The notes: generated by a model from the letters alone, not told the origin. Positions 26,549 through 37,203 are shown, counted from the first letter of the stretch. The stretch is 64,000 bases of DNA from Rickettsiales bacterium (GCA_021156175.1 JAJNBL010000003.1:115897-179896), one strand, 5' to 3'. Translations and numbers: made by a program.

Positions 26549-29350
26549 TTATTTTTTCTTGTTTAACGTCGCATCCCGTTCAGAAATATAGCGCATGATA
26601 GAGCGGTAGTCCGTTTGGCGTTGAAGCCCATCGAAACGTCCTGATATTTTGACTCCAACGGTGAGTTTCGGGCGTAAGTTCGTTGCCCGATCTTCGATTA
26701 AGAAATCAAACTGTCCAACGGTATTAACGACCTTTTGGCGCAAATCCACGGCTCCACCGAAGCTGCCTGAGGACATCGAAGTGGTAATAATCAGCTGAGG
26801 AATTTCCAGAACGCCTTGCTTGATCATAATCGTACCGTCCATGGAATGCACGTCGGTCGTACCTTGGCTTAAGGTCTGGGTGATGAAGTTATTTGCCTCA
26901 GAAGAAGGAACGGAAAGAAATTTTTGGATAAGGGTGTGGAGGTCAAAATTCTCGATTTTTACTCCGCGTGCGGCAAATGCCATGGAACCGTTAAGCTGGT
27001 TGATCCAATCATTCATACTGTTGCCCGATGTCCCGATACTGCCGCTAACGCTCATATAGCCACTCAAATGTTTAAAGAGTGGAGAGTTGGCAACGATTTT
27101 TGGGGTGATGTGTAAGTTGTTCGCACTGAACGTGATACCAAACACCGGGAAACCGGCGGTGCGAAGTGGGCCCGCGAGGGTAAATTCGCCGTCAAATACC
27201 TTACCCTTCCCTTCTTTAATTTGCAGCACGGTATCGGTGATATCGCCCGACAAGGAGAGATCGTTAATCAGGATATCGCCATGTTTGAGTGCATCGATTT
27301 TAACAGTAAACAGGCCTTCATATTGCCCAAGCCAGGATAGATCCATTTTCTCGGTTGGCCATAAAGCCGGGGGAGCAGGAGGCTCGCCTTCTTTCGCCAC
27401 GACCAAAGTCGCGTCAGCGGGTTTTTCAGCGGCTTCTGTTGCGGCGCCAGCTTCATGTTCAAATTTAAAGAAGTCCGTGTTGAGATAACGTGCGTTAAAG
27501 GCCGCGTTGATATGTGGTTCGTTCTCGGTGACATCCAGAATGATATTGCCATCAAAATCCGCAAGATCCGAATGGATACTGATGCGCTCAAGTGCGATGG
27601 TATCATCTGTTGCGGTTCCGATAAATTCCAGATCGCGAATCCGGTTGCCTTCAAACACCAGGAGGTTTGAAGAGATATCGAGGGTAATATCAAAAGGAAG
27701 TGTGCGTAATTTTCTCAGCCATTGATGCGGATCTTCATCGTCTTTTTTCTCTTCTTTATCAGAAGGTTTGATGTATTGATCAAGGTTAAGGTAATCCACA
27801 TCGAGCGCCGCATAAGCAACCGTACGACGGCCAAAGCCGTAGCGTATATCCATATCGCCTTGGACATAAGAGCGATCCACGCGCAGCACGGCATCATAAA
27901 ATTCCACCCGTTGCGGTGCGATTCGCATTTTACCGTCTGCGGAGAAGGTGCCCAATGTTCCTTCGGGAAGTGTTGTGGTGTTAATGTCAAACCAGCGCAA
28001 AAGCTCGCGTGCTTGCTTGCCTTGCACAGTAATTTTCCCATTAAATTCTGGGATGGGGAAACGTTGCGCGGTGGAGCTTGGGTGATACGCCCATTGCTGG
28101 GTCGGTTCATCGCCGGTGCTGATGGTAACATCGCCATCGGGTTGCTGGCGTTGCTGCGAGAATATCCCGGAAAGAGAAATTGTGCTTTCCCCAGGGATTG
28201 TTGCGGTCAGCTGTTCGATTTCCAGTGCTCCTCCCAAGATCTGTCCATCGGCGTGGATATTGCGCGCGTAATCCAAGTTATAGCGCATTTCTTTAATCGC
28301 GAGCTTAAAGGAGATAGAGCTATCAAAAAACGGTACGTCAAACAAGGTGACGGTTTGAGTGACCCCTCTGCGCATCAGCTGATCGAGATCGAGGAAATCC
28401 ACATTGATATCGGCATCGCCCATGAGCTTATGATCGAAGACAAAATTTCCGGTGATAACCGCATTAGCGACTTCCGATTGCAGCGCGACTTTATCAAGCA
28501 CGAGCGTCTTTCCATCGGATTTTAAGCCACCCTGGAAGGTGAATTTCCCTTCTTCTGCGCTTGCATCGGTGGGCTCAGAAGAATAATCCGAGAGCACGGA
28601 GGCGATATCATTTCCTTGTGCGTTGAAACGTATGTCCATAACGGGAAGTTTACCTTCGACGATCCCGCTGACATTGCCTTTGAATGCGAGTTCAAATGCT
28701 TTCGTGCCGATTGTTCCGTCTGCCTTATAAGCGCCCTCACCTTCTTGCTCTAAACGACTTTTGAGGAAATATGTCCGGCTTCCCAAATTAAACTGGCCCT
28801 TAAATGCAAATGGGCCGGTGAGTGAGCTTGCCGAGAAATGTCCTGTGACGTGTTCAAAGCGCCGTACTTTGCCCGAACGCATATCATCATAGGTGATGAT
28901 CGCATGAGCGAGATCCACTTCCGTCCCGCCAAAAGAGCCACCGATGCCCGATCCGTCCGCTTTTTTGAGTGCAGCCCAGTTTTTGGTACCATCTTCCAAC
29001 ACTTCAATATTGATTGACGGGTTATGCAACGTCACTGAAGAAATTGCAACTTTTCCCATCAAAAATGGAATCAGGCTTGCTTTGATTTCGACTGTTGGTG
29101 CGACAATGAGGTCTTGGGTGAAACGATCATCCGGCGCGTGTAAAATGATGTCATGGATAATGATTTTCGGCGTGAAAAACATCGAAGTGGTGACATCGCC
29201 TTGCACCTCAGGCTCTAACCCTGTGGTGTTGCGAATTTCTTCGATGAAACGTGCTTTATAGCCTTCTGCATCGCCAAACATCGGGGCGATATAAATAAAT
29301 CCCCCGGCAGCGAAGCCAAGTACGAGCAGTAGGACGAAAAGTTTTTTCAC
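26549..29350 (-). CDS. AsmA-family protein (large envelope/outer-membrane biogenesis protein)
   Basis: 933 aa. It has a single N-terminal TM (MKKLFVLLLVLGFAAGGFIYIAPMF) followed by a long beta-rich periplasmic region, which is the typical AsmA architecture and N-terminus. Confidence 0.75.
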   Translation of the reverse strand: MKKLFVLLLVLGFAAGGFIYIAPMFGDAEGYKARFIEEIRNTTGLEPEVQGDVTTSMFFTPKIIIHDIILHAPDDRFTQDLIVAPTVEIKASLIPFLMGKVAISSVTLHNPSINIEVLEDGTKNWAALKKADGSGIGGSFGGTEVDLAHAIITYDDMRSGKVRRFEHVTGHFSASSLTGPFAFKGQFNLGSRTYFLKSRLEQEGEGAYKADGTIGTKAFELAFKGNVSGIVEGKLPVMDIRFNAQGNDIASVLSDYSSEPTDASAEEGKFTFQGGLKSDGKTLVLDKVALQSEVANAVITGNFVFDHKLMGDADINVDFLDLDQLMRRGVTQTVTLFDVPFFDSSISFKLAIKEMRYNLDYARNIHADGQILGGALEIEQLTATIPGESTISLSGIFSQQRQQPDGDVTISTGDEPTQQWAYHPSSTAQRFPIPEFNGKITVQGKQARELLRWFDINTTTLPEGTLGTFSADGKMRIAPQRVEFYDAVLRVDRSYVQGDMDIRYGFGRRTVAYAALDVDYLNLDQYIKPSDKEEKKDDEDPHQWLRKLRTLPFDITLDISSNLLVFEGNRIRDLEFIGTATDDTIALERISIHSDLADFDGNIILDVTENEPHINAAFNARYLNTDFFKFEHEAGAATEAAEKPADATLVVAKEGEPPAPPALWPTEKMDLSWLGQYEGLFTVKIDALKHGDILINDLSLSGDITDTVLQIKEGKGKVFDGEFTLAGPLRTAGFPVFGITFSANNLHITPKIVANSPLFKHLSGYMSVSGSIGTSGNSMNDWINQLNGSMAFAARGVKIENFDLHTLIQKFLSVPSSEANNFITQTLSQGTTDVHSMDGTIMIKQGVLEIPQLIITTSMSSGSFGGAVDLRQKVVNTVGQFDFLIEDRATNLRPKLTVGVKISGRFDGLQRQTDYRSIMRYISERDATLNKKK

Positions 29351-29659
29351 TTACACCAAGGCCTTATGCGGTTATCCGTAGAACTAAGACACTACCATAA
29401 AGCGCTTTCGGAAAAAAGCAATGAGTTGGGGGCGGAGTAAAATGAACAATTTTCGCAGGAAATTATCGTCACCCCTAGCAGGGAATTTCTTACCCTTTTT
29501 TACTATACTCAAGCCCATTATTCCTCCGATATTCTTTCAAAAATTTCCATTTCATTAATATTTATCCTCTAATAACAGCATATTACTTATGGTTTTTTAT
29601 TTCGGCATGATATTTGCGTCTTAAATACCTATAGGCATCTGTTTTATGAGGATACGTGC

Positions 29660-30217
29660 ATGATTACTATCAATAACCCATTGCTTTCAAATCAATACTA
29701 TCAACTTCCCAGCGACTCCCTGCTGTCGAATAAGAAGGTAGCGAAGGGAACCCAAGGCGCAGATACGCATAATGCGTTGCAGCTTGGCGGTCTGGATGTT
29801 CTGGATTTAAGTCCCGAAGCACAAAGTTATTTGGAAGGACTTACCCTTACGAGTGCCTCGGATGAGAGCGCTACGACAGGCGATAATTTTATGCTGACCA
29901 ATGCACAGCGGCAGAAGATAAGCGAGATCCTGGCAAAATATAAAGATGCGCCGTTTACGGAAGATACCTATCATCAGATTCAAAATGATTTGAAGATGGC
30001 AGGGCTTGCTCCTGACCAGTTGGCGCTTCAAGAAAAAGTTCGCTCCTTTAATCCTACCCAAGTGCTGATTGATGCCTTGAGTGGGAAGGAGGATACCCAG
30101 AAAATTAGCAATCCTCTCGATACTTCGGATCAGCAATCCAAGATGAATGGCTATATGGACGAGATATTTTCTGAGTGGAAAGGCATCTCTACGACACTCG
30201 GTGCGCTCGACGTATAA
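29660..30217 (+). CDS. hypothetical protein
   Basis: 185-aa ORF with no recognisable motif and no signal peptide. Confidence 0.5.
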   Translation: MITINNPLLSNQYYQLPSDSLLSNKKVAKGTQGADTHNALQLGGLDVLDLSPEAQSYLEGLTLTSASDESATTGDNFMLTNAQRQKISEILAKYKDAPFTEDTYHQIQNDLKMAGLAPDQLALQEKVRSFNPTQVLIDALSGKEDTQKISNPLDTSDQQSKMNGYMDEIFSEWKGISTTLGALDV

Positions 30218-30286
30218 TTGCTTTCATGTGACTTATCCCATTCTCTTTGCTATGTTCCTGTAATTCTAAAAATTACAGGTAATCAT

Positions 30287-30859
30287 GTGAAAGAACTTCT
30301 TGGCACTCTGGCGGTTATTATATCCATTGCAGCATTCGTGCCGTATATACGCTCGATTTTGCAAGGAACGACGAAGCCGCACGTATTTTCCTGGATCATT
30401 TGGGGATCGACGACATTTATCGTATTTCTCGCGCAGTTTGCAGACAAAGGCGGTGCTGGGACGTGGTCCATCGGCATCTCCGGGCTGATTACGTTTTATG
30501 TTGCCTGGCTTGCCTATCAGAAGAAATCCGATAGCAGCGCGACGCGATCCGATTGGTTTTTCTTTACTATGGCGATGTTGGCGATTCCGTTTTGGTATCT
30601 CACGTCGAATCCGTTATCCGCGGTGCTATTGCTGACGGCGATTGATATTATCGGCTATCTCCCAACCCTTCGGAAAGCTTACGCCAAACCGTTCGAAGAG
30701 CAGACATTGTTATATAATGTGATAAGTGTCCGGAACCTGATTGCTATTACTGCGCTTGAGCATTATTCCCTTGCCACCGTGCTATTCCCCGCGCTGACAA
30801 CGTTTGCGAATCTGGTGCTGGTGGGGATTGTGTATGCGAGGCGGCGAAGAATAGCTTAG
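30287..30859 (+). CDS. integral membrane protein (about 6 TM), unknown function
   Basis: VKELLGTLAVIISIAAFVPYIRSILQGTTKPHVFSWIIWGSTTFIVFLAQF... is hydrophobic throughout. I prefer the GTG at 30287 over the TTG at 30218, which sits directly at the upstream stop. Confidence 0.6.
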   Translation: MKELLGTLAVIISIAAFVPYIRSILQGTTKPHVFSWIIWGSTTFIVFLAQFADKGGAGTWSIGISGLITFYVAWLAYQKKSDSSATRSDWFFFTMAMLAIPFWYLTSNPLSAVLLLTAIDIIGYLPTLRKAYAKPFEEQTLLYNVISVRNLIAITALEHYSLATVLFPALTTFANLVLVGIVYARRRRIA

Positions 30860-30913
30860 AGTGTTTTCGCTTTAATTGGTGCAACGCCGCATACGGTTAA
30901 ATGGAAAATACTC
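30859..30913. repeat. short palindromic element, family 4; probable bidirectional terminator-like hairpin
   Basis: GAGTGTTTTCGCTTTAATTGGTGCAACGCCGCATACGGTTAAATGGAAAATACTC. The ends AGTGTTTTCGCTTTA and TAAATGGAAAATACT are inverted repeats. The element exactly fills the gap between two convergent stop codons. Confidence 0.6.
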
Positions 30914-30914
30914 T

Positions 30915-31448
30915 TTAGTGCGAGCAACTCGCTGTATGCACATGCGGCGGGTGCATCTTGATATGTTTTTCCATTTTTTTCAGCAGCATATCCCGTTTCA
31001 TTTTTGATAAATAATCGAGGAACACTTTCCCATCCAGATAATCCATTTCGTGCTGAATGACGGTCGCTAAAAAGCCGTCTGCTGCAAGTGTCTGCGGGTT
31101 GCCATCGTAATCCAGGTAGCGGACTGTGATGGATTTCGGACGGGTGATATTCGCCGCGATGCCGGGGAAACTCAAGGAAGCTTCCTCAATGGTTTGTGTC
31201 TCTTTTGAGGATTCAAGAATTTCGGGATTAACCATGGCGTAAGAAACCAGCCCGGTTTCTTGTTGCATTTTTACAACAATAATCCGCTTTAAGACTCCCA
31301 CCATATTCGCGCCCAGGCCAATGCCGTGTTCGATGCGTAAGGTTTCAAACATTTGGTCGATGAGCGCGCGGATGGAATCATCCACAGCCGCGACAGGCTC
31401 TGCTTTCTTTTTGAAGATCGGGTTGGGGGCGAAGAGGAGTTGGAGCAT
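30915..31448 (-). CDS. peptide deformylase-like protein lacking the canonical metal ligands (probable pseudoenzyme)
   Basis: It aligns along its length with Def, but motif 1 GIGLAATQ is GIGLGANM, motif 2 EGCLS is EASLS, and motif 3 QHEMDHL is QHEMDYL. Confidence 0.8.
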   Translation of the reverse strand: MLQLLFAPNPIFKKKAEPVAAVDDSIRALIDQMFETLRIEHGIGLGANMVGVLKRIIVVKMQQETGLVSYAMVNPEILESSKETQTIEEASLSFPGIAANITRPKSITVRYLDYDGNPQTLAADGFLATVIQHEMDYLDGKVFLDYLSKMKRDMLLKKMEKHIKMHPPHVHTASCSH

Positions 31449-31499
31449 GGTAATTCTTTCTATGGTGTTGTAGATCAGTCTAGCATTTAAAAATGCGCT

Positions 31500-31919
31500 C
31501 TAAATATCTTTTTTGAAATGGAAATTAGAGATAACATATCCCTTACCAAAATAAAATTTATGCGCTGCGCTATTGGTAACATAGGAGTCAAGTACTACAG
31601 CCTTACAATTAAGCCGTTTTGCTTCTGCTTCCAGCCATTGCATTACCTGCGATCCGGTACCTTTTCCGCGTTGTGCCTTATCGACAACAAAATTATTTAT
31701 ATACATATATTTGCCACAATAAAACCGTACTCCTATCCAAAAACCGACAGTTGCTACAAGCTTCGCGCCTTCAAAGGCTGCGATGCATTGATAGCCAGTA
31801 CCCTGCATTTCCTCAATGAATAGTGCAAAATCATCATCAGCCATAGAGGTGTGGTGCTGCAGGATGAGTGGGCGGATGGAAAGCAGCTCATCGCGAGTTG
31901 TTAGATATTTAATTTCCAT
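31500..31919 (-). CDS. GNAT-family N-acetyltransferase
   Basis: Acetyl-CoA binding motif A: VVDKAQRGKGTGSQVMQWLEAEAKRLNCKAVVLDS...AHKFY. Confidence 0.8.
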   Translation of the reverse strand: MEIKYLTTRDELLSIRPLILQHHTSMADDDFALFIEEMQGTGYQCIAAFEGAKLVATVGFWIGVRFYCGKYMYINNFVVDKAQRGKGTGSQVMQWLEAEAKRLNCKAVVLDSYVTNSAAHKFYFGKGYVISNFHFKKDI

Positions 31920-31934
31920 CAGTGGCGATCCTTC

Positions 31935-32318
31935 TTAAATTCCCTTGCCAAGAGTCGATGGTTCTTTCTCTCGATCCGTTCCTATGCCTAATTTCGTCAT
32001 GAGTTCTTTCAATCCAGGTTTGAGGTCGTTTCTACCTTTGAGATCTAAATCTAGATACAAAGCTCCGAGTGTTTTGGCGACGCGTGCTTCGGTGATTGGT
32101 TCACATGCATCATATAACGCTTGTGCAGCCGGACCTGTAGGACCCATAGGATTAAACATTTTATCCATCTCAACGCCAACATCTTGCTGGAGTTTAACCG
32201 ATGCAGTTTTCAGTGTTGGATTTACGATTGCCTCAATTTCTCCCAGGATTTTTCCTGCTTTTGCTAAAGCCATCAATCCATCGTCATTTAATGGAGTGTT
32301 ATCATCTTTTGTTTTCAC
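31935..32318 (-). CDS. hypothetical protein
   Basis: 127-aa ORF with no recognisable motif. It overlaps the GIY-YIG gene end by 17 nt. Confidence 0.45.
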   Translation of the reverse strand: MKTKDDNTPLNDDGLMALAKAGKILGEIEAIVNPTLKTASVKLQQDVGVEMDKMFNPMGPTGPAAQALYDACEPITEARVAKTLGALYLDLDLKGRNDLKPGLKELMTKLGIGTDREKEPSTLGKGI

Positions 32319-32592
32319 GGGAAGCTCCTATTTGTCTTGTTTCAATATCTTGCAACAACCGCTTATGGGTAAACGCTCTACCAGAATGAGATTTAAGATA
32401 TTTCTCGAAGTCATACGCTTTTTCTTTCTCAAGGAAACCCATGTAACATTCAAGTGTCCAAGGTCTAAACTTTGAGGTATGTACGGATCTTCCTGCGTTA
32501 TGATCCGCAAAGCGTTGTTTTAGGTCAGCAGTAGCTCCTATATAAATTTCAGCAGGAAATGTGATACTACGTATTACATAGACGTAGTACAT
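32302..32592 (-). CDS. GIY-YIG nuclease-domain protein (small stand-alone type)
   Basis: MYYVYVIRS...EIYIGATADLKQRFADHN.G...HTSKFRPW carries the GIY-(x10)-YIG motif plus the conserved R..H/N core. GGGAGAG RBS. Confidence 0.8.
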   Translation of the reverse strand: MYYVYVIRSITFPAEIYIGATADLKQRFADHNAGRSVHTSKFRPWTLECYMGFLEKEKAYDFEKYLKSHSGRAFTHKRLLQDIETRQIGASRENKR

Positions 32593-32653
32593 GATGAACT
32601 CTCCCTTAGTTCAGTCCGTCGTCGCTTCTCGCTTCGCTCAAGCTATGCCGGAC

Positions 32654-32718
32654 AGTCTTCTCCCTAAGGGGCCATGCTGTCACTGGCGTGCCAGGCGTAG
32701 CCCCTAAGGGCGAAGACT
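32654..32718. repeat. tRNA-3'-flanking palindromic repeat (family 3), full hairpin copy
   Basis: The arms AGTCTTCTCCCTAAGGGGC (32654-32672) and GCCCCTAAGGGCGAAGACT (32700-32718) are inverted repeats with 17 of 19 pairs. The 27-nt loop contains CACTGGCGTGCCAGGCGTA. The element abuts the CCA end of tRNA-Arg(CCG). Confidence 0.7.
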
Positions 32719-32793
32719 GGTGCACCCGGCGAGAGTCGAACTCACGGCCTCTGCCTTCGGAGGGCAGCGCTCTATCCACTGAGCTACGGGTGC
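32718..32793 (-). tRNA. tRNA-Arg (anticodon CCG)
   Basis: The reverse complement folds as acceptor GCACCCG/CGGGTGC, anticodon arm CTGCC-CTCCGAA-GGCAG, T-loop TTCGACT and encoded CCA. Confidence 0.9.
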
Positions 32794-32822
32794 GGGTATT
32801 AAAGCAGAAACGCTCTGCTACT

Positions 32823-33218
32823 TTACTGCAACTGGCACGAACCACTGACACAGGTCGGTGTTCCTTCCTGTGGTATAGCTCCATCGCAACTATCCACGCA
32901 ATAGCCGCATTCCTTATGGTATACGGCCAAACGGTCATGGACTGCTCGCTTGGTTTGGGTGTTTACCACATTTGCGTAGTTTCCGCAACCAAATGGACAA
33001 GGAAAATCCGCTCGTGCGCAATCAGTGTCTTTCTTGCAGGCTCTCCCCTCAATGATTGATTTCCCCAATTCTTCTTGCATAGCGGTGCAGGAAGCAGGAA
33101 CCGCTTCGGAGTGATCCATCACAAACTCGATGATATCATTTCGCCAGAGCATCATGAGGGGAGAAAAGAGCAGAAGCGCAACAAAGAAGAATTTAACGCT
33201 GCGCGGATAGTTTTGCAT
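32823..33218 (-). CDS. secreted/anchored Cys-rich hypothetical protein
   Basis: N-terminal hydrophobic segment FFFVALLLFSPLMMLW. The remaining ~100 aa contain 12 Cys. Confidence 0.5.
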   Translation of the reverse strand: MQNYPRSVKFFFVALLLFSPLMMLWRNDIIEFVMDHSEAVPASCTAMQEELGKSIIEGRACKKDTDCARADFPCPFGCGNYANVVNTQTKRAVHDRLAVYHKECGYCVDSCDGAIPQEGTPTCVSGSCQLQ

Positions 33219-33241
33219 AGCGTAAGCCTCAGATTCTTCAG

Positions 33242-33715
33242 TTATTTTCCATATTTAATGGAAAGCACTTCATAACCTTTTCCGCCGCCGGGAGTAGTAA
33301 CATCAACATAATCCCCGACCACTTTCCCGATCAATGCGCGGGCAATCGGAGAGGTGATCGAAATTTTCTTCTGATTGATGTCGGCTTCGTATTCGCCAAC
33401 GATCTGATACGTCGCTTCTTTATCATCATCATCCACCAGCGTGATCTTCGCGCCGAATTTTACGGTATCGCCTGATATTTTTGAGATATCAATGACTTCT
33501 GCGCGAGCGAGTTTATCTTCAAGATCGCTGATACGCCCTTCGGCGAAGCTTTGCTTCTCCCGTGCAGCGTGGTATTCCGCATTCTCAGACAAATCGCCAT
33601 GCGCACGCGCTTCCGCAATTGCCTGGGTGATTGCAGGACGCTCAATGGTTTTTAAATGTTTCAGTTCCGCTTCAAGTTTTATAAAGCCTTCCTGGGTAAT
33701 TGGTAGTCTTTCCAT
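33242..33715 (-). CDS. greA: transcription elongation factor GreA
   Basis: [22 protein letters not shown]...[20 protein letters not shown]...VKFGAKITL. An alternative upstream ATG lies at 33727. Confidence 0.93.
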   Translation of the reverse strand: MERLPITQEGFIKLEAELKHLKTIERPAITQAIAEARAHGDLSENAEYHAAREKQSFAEGRISDLEDKLARAEVIDISKISGDTVKFGAKITLVDDDDKEATYQIVGEYEADINQKKISITSPIARALIGKVVGDYVDVTTPGGGKGYEVLSIKYGK

Positions 33716-33915
33716 GATAATACTCATTTTCTGACTCGTTTATTTATACAGCACAACCTTCTCCTGCCTGATGGCAGAAGATCTTTCAAACAAGGAATAT
33801 CACCCACGAGTTGATTGGCCTACCAAAGCTTGTGCTAAGGCGACCCTCGAGGGGCTGTAATAAAGCATGGCTGTGTCACTGTTGTTCTAGCTTTACGCTA
33901 GAATCTACCTTCATT

Positions 33916-36900
33916 TTAACTAAAATACGCCTGGATGGATTTTACCTCCAGGCCCTTATCTTCACGTATACGTTTAATTGACATCACCAATGCCCGAGCG
34001 CCGGAAATGGTGGTGCAATAAGGTATTTTACCTAAAAGCGCGGTCCTGCGGATATCAAAGCTATCCGCGATGGCTTGGGCACCTTCGGTGGTATTGATAA
34101 CGAAGTCTATACCGCCATCCTTCATCATGTCAACAATATGCGGACGTCCTTCGAGTACTTTATTCACCTGCCCCACTTCAACCCCTTCTTTCTTCATAAA
34201 GGAGGCGGTGCCGCGGGTGGCGACCACTTTAAATCCTAGCTCAAGCAACTCTTTCGCAAGGCCGGCAGCAATCGGTTTATCAGCTTCTTTAACCGAAATG
34301 AATACCGTGCCTTTTTGCGGGATTGGGTTGTTGCTCGCGATTTGTGCTTTCGCAAATGCGCGGTCAAACGTCGTATCGATGCCCATGACTTCGCCGGTCG
34401 ATTTCATTTCTGGGCCCAAAAGCACATCAACGCCGGGGAAGCGTGCGAACGGGAATACCGCTTCTTTTACAGCCACATGCTTCAAGATTGGTTCGGTCAG
34501 GTTAAAGGATTTGATTTTCTCGCCGGCCATCACGCGCGCTGCGATTTTGGCAACAGGAATTCCGATGGTTTTAGCAACGAAAGGAACCGTGCGGCTGGCG
34601 CGTGGGTTGACTTCCAAGATATAAATGTCTGTTCCTTGAATTGCGAACTGGACATTCATCAAACCTTTTACATGAAGAGCAATTGCTAACACTTTGGTTT
34701 GCTTCCGAATTTCCTCAATCAGCTCTGGCGATAAAGAGTATGGAGGAAGCGAGCATGCGGAGTCTCCGGAGTGGATTCCTGCCTCTTCGATATGCTCCAT
34801 AATTCCTGCAATAAACACATCTTCGCCATCGCAAATGGCATCGACATCGACTTCAATCGCGTTGGTGAGGAAACTATCGACGAGCAATGGGCCATCTTTA
34901 AAGAATTCTGTGGCATTTTTGAGGTAATTTTTAAGCCCATCTTGGTCATACACGATTTCCATCGCGCGGCCGCCTAAAACATACGAAGGACGCACTACTA
35001 ATGGGAAGCCCATCTTTTCCGCTTTCTTCTCTAATTCTTCCGCAGAGCGCCCCGTATCATTCGCAGGCTGACGGAGTTTTACTTTATCTAACAACGCTTT
35101 GAAGCGCTCACGGTCTTCGGATAAGTCAATCGCATCAGGAGAGGTTCCGATAATCGGAATGCCTGCTTTTTCCAGCGCCGCCGCGAGTTTCAAAGGAGTC
35201 TGTCCGCCAAATTGCACAACAACGCCTTTCACTTTGCCGTTTTTCTGTTCAGTGGTGATCAATTCGATCACATCTTCTGCCGTTAAAGGCTCAAAATACA
35301 AGCGATCCGAGGTATCGTAGTCGGTGGAAACGGTTTCCGGGTTGCAGTTGACCATCACGGTCTCGTAGCCCGCTTCTTTCAGTGCATACGCGGCTTGTAC
35401 GCAGCAATAATCGAACTCAATCCCCTGCCCGATCCGGTTTGGACCGCCGCCAAGGATAAAGATTTTTTCATTTGCGGTAGGTTGCGATTCGCATTCGGCA
35501 TCGGTCACGCCGTCGCCTTCATAGCAGCTATACATATAAGGTGTGGCGGAAGCAAATTCTGCCGCGCAGGTATCAACGCGTTTATAAACAGGGCGGACCC
35601 CCAATTGTCTGCGGTGCGTGCGCACGGTATCTTGTGATCTTCCGGTGAGTTCCGCGAGTCGTGCGTCCGAAAATCCGAGTTTCTTAAGCGCCAGCATGCC
35701 ATGTTTATCCGTCGGCAAACCGTTTTTACGAATGGTCGCTTCCACGTCAACTAGGTGCTTAAGTTGCTCCAAGAACCATGGATCGAATTTGGTGACTTCA
35801 TGGATGCGGGCAAGTGGGAAACCAAGACGGATCGCTTGTGCGGCGATCAATATACGGTTCGGCGATAATGGCGCTAATGCGGCGATAATCGCATTTTCGT
35901 CCTCGCCGTTGCCTTCGATATGGACTTCATTCAAGCCGGTTAATCCCGTTTCCATTGAGCGAAGCGCTTTTTGTAAGGATTCCGGGAAGGAGCGACCAAT
36001 CGCCATTGCCTCGCCCACCGATTTCATGGAGCTAGAAAGTTCCTGCTTCGTGCCTTTGAATTTTTCAAAGGTAAAGCGTGGTATTTTTGTCACAACATAG
36101 TCAATCACTGGCTCGAACGAAGCCGGTGTGGTTTTGGTGCAATCGTTCCGGATTTCATCCAGCGTATAGCCGACCGCCAATTTCGCGGCAACTTTCGCAA
36201 TTGGGAATCCGGTGGCTTTCGAGGCGAGCGCAGAAGAACGTGATACGCGCGGGTTCATTTCAATCACAACCAAGCGGCCATCCGCGGGGTTCACGGCGAA
36301 CTGTACGTTCGACCCGCCGGTATCCACGCCGATTTCGCGAAGCACGGCGATGGAGGCATTGCGCATGATTTGGTATTCTTTATCGGTAAGCGTCAGTGCG
36401 GGTGCAACGGTGATGCTGTCGCCGGTATGTACGCCCATCGGGTCGATATTTTCAATCGAACAAATGATAATGCAGTTATCCGCGTGGTCGCGCACCACTT
36501 CCATTTCATATTCTTTCCAGCCGAGCAAGGATTCATCAACCTGTACTTCACGGGTTGGAGAGGCCTCTAAGCCGCTTTCGATGATTTGTTCGAATTCTTC
36601 GCGGTTATAGGCAACGCCTCCGCCTGCTCCGCCGAGCGTGAAGGAGGGGCGGATGATGGCGGGAAGTCCTACATATTCCAACGCTTTCCAGGCTTCTTCT
36701 TTAGAATGCACCACGAGATTTTTTGGGCACTCTAAGCCGATACGTTCCATGGCTTCTTTAAATAACTGGCGGTTTTCCGCCATTTCAATTGCGTCGCGCG
36801 ATGCGCCGATCATAGTTACGTTGTATTTCTTTAAAATCCCAAGATCCGCCAGTGCCAGTGCGCAGTTAAGCGCCGTTTGGCCGCCAACAGTCGGGAGCAG

Positions 36901-37155
36901 CGCATCCGGCATTTCTTTAGCGATGATACGTTCAACGAATTCTGGAGTGATAGGTTCAATATAAGTAGCATCAGCGAGATTCGGATCCGTCATGATGGTC
37001 GCTGGATTCGAGTTCACCAGGATCACCCGATACCCTTCTTCTTTCAATGCCTTACATGCTTGTGCGCCGGAATAATCAAACTCGCATGCCTGACCGATCA
37101 CGATAGGACCTGCGCCGATAATCAGGATGGATTTGATGTCGGTACGTTTTGGCAT
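33916..37155 (-). CDS. carB: carbamoyl-phosphate synthase large subunit
   Basis: 1079 aa with duplicated ATP-grasp halves ([21 protein letters not shown] and [19 protein letters not shown]) and a C-terminal MGS-like domain. Confidence 0.97.
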   Translation of the reverse strand: MPKRTDIKSILIIGAGPIVIGQACEFDYSGAQACKALKEEGYRVILVNSNPATIMTDPNLADATYIEPITPEFVERIIAKEMPDALLPTVGGQTALNCALALADLGILKKYNVTMIGASRDAIEMAENRQLFKEAMERIGLECPKNLVVHSKEEAWKALEYVGLPAIIRPSFTLGGAGGGVAYNREEFEQIIESGLEASPTREVQVDESLLGWKEYEMEVVRDHADNCIIICSIENIDPMGVHTGDSITVAPALTLTDKEYQIMRNASIAVLREIGVDTGGSNVQFAVNPADGRLVVIEMNPRVSRSSALASKATGFPIAKVAAKLAVGYTLDEIRNDCTKTTPASFEPVIDYVVTKIPRFTFEKFKGTKQELSSSMKSVGEAMAIGRSFPESLQKALRSMETGLTGLNEVHIEGNGEDENAIIAALAPLSPNRILIAAQAIRLGFPLARIHEVTKFDPWFLEQLKHLVDVEATIRKNGLPTDKHGMLALKKLGFSDARLAELTGRSQDTVRTHRRQLGVRPVYKRVDTCAAEFASATPYMYSCYEGDGVTDAECESQPTANEKIFILGGGPNRIGQGIEFDYCCVQAAYALKEAGYETVMVNCNPETVSTDYDTSDRLYFEPLTAEDVIELITTEQKNGKVKGVVVQFGGQTPLKLAAALEKAGIPIIGTSPDAIDLSEDRERFKALLDKVKLRQPANDTGRSAEELEKKAEKMGFPLVVRPSYVLGGRAMEIVYDQDGLKNYLKNATEFFKDGPLLVDSFLTNAIEVDVDAICDGEDVFIAGIMEHIEEAGIHSGDSACSLPPYSLSPELIEEIRKQTKVLAIALHVKGLMNVQFAIQGTDIYILEVNPRASRTVPFVAKTIGIPVAKIAARVMAGEKIKSFNLTEPILKHVAVKEAVFPFARFPGVDVLLGPEMKSTGEVMGIDTTFDRAFAKAQIASNNPIPQKGTVFISVKEADKPIAAGLAKELLELGFKVVATRGTASFMKKEGVEVGQVNKVLEGRPHIVDMMKDGGIDFVINTTEGAQAIADSFDIRRTALLGKIPYCTTISGARALVMSIKRIREDKGLEVKSIQAYFS

Positions 37156-37203
37156 GGTCTCAAGTTCCTGAACTATTTGAATTATAATGCAATAGGAAAA
37201 GGG

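Noticed and set aside
27722-28525. 267-aa plus-strand ORF inside the asmA-like gene, plus several 60-140-aa ORFs in 26820-29261
   Set aside because: They are antisense or off-frame to a continuous 933-aa AsmA-family ORF. They have no RBS or motif support.
31500-32318. GNAT acetyltransferase plus upstream 127-aa ORF as a TacT/AtaT-type toxin-antitoxin pair
   Set aside because: The upstream protein shows no RHH/DUF1778-like N-terminus. It is larger than such antitoxins, and the GNAT looks generic. Nothing specific supports a TA call.
31945-32475. 176-aa plus-strand ORF across the 31935-32592 region
   Set aside because: It is antisense to two minus-strand genes, one of which (GIY-YIG) has a clear domain signature. 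Its composition is Ser/Phe-rich, typical of a shadow frame.
32606-33059. 110-aa (minus) and 123-aa (plus) ORFs spanning 32606-33059
   Set aside because: Both run through the tRNA-Arg(CCG) gene and the palindromic repeat. Their sequence is dictated by RNA and repeat structure, not coding.
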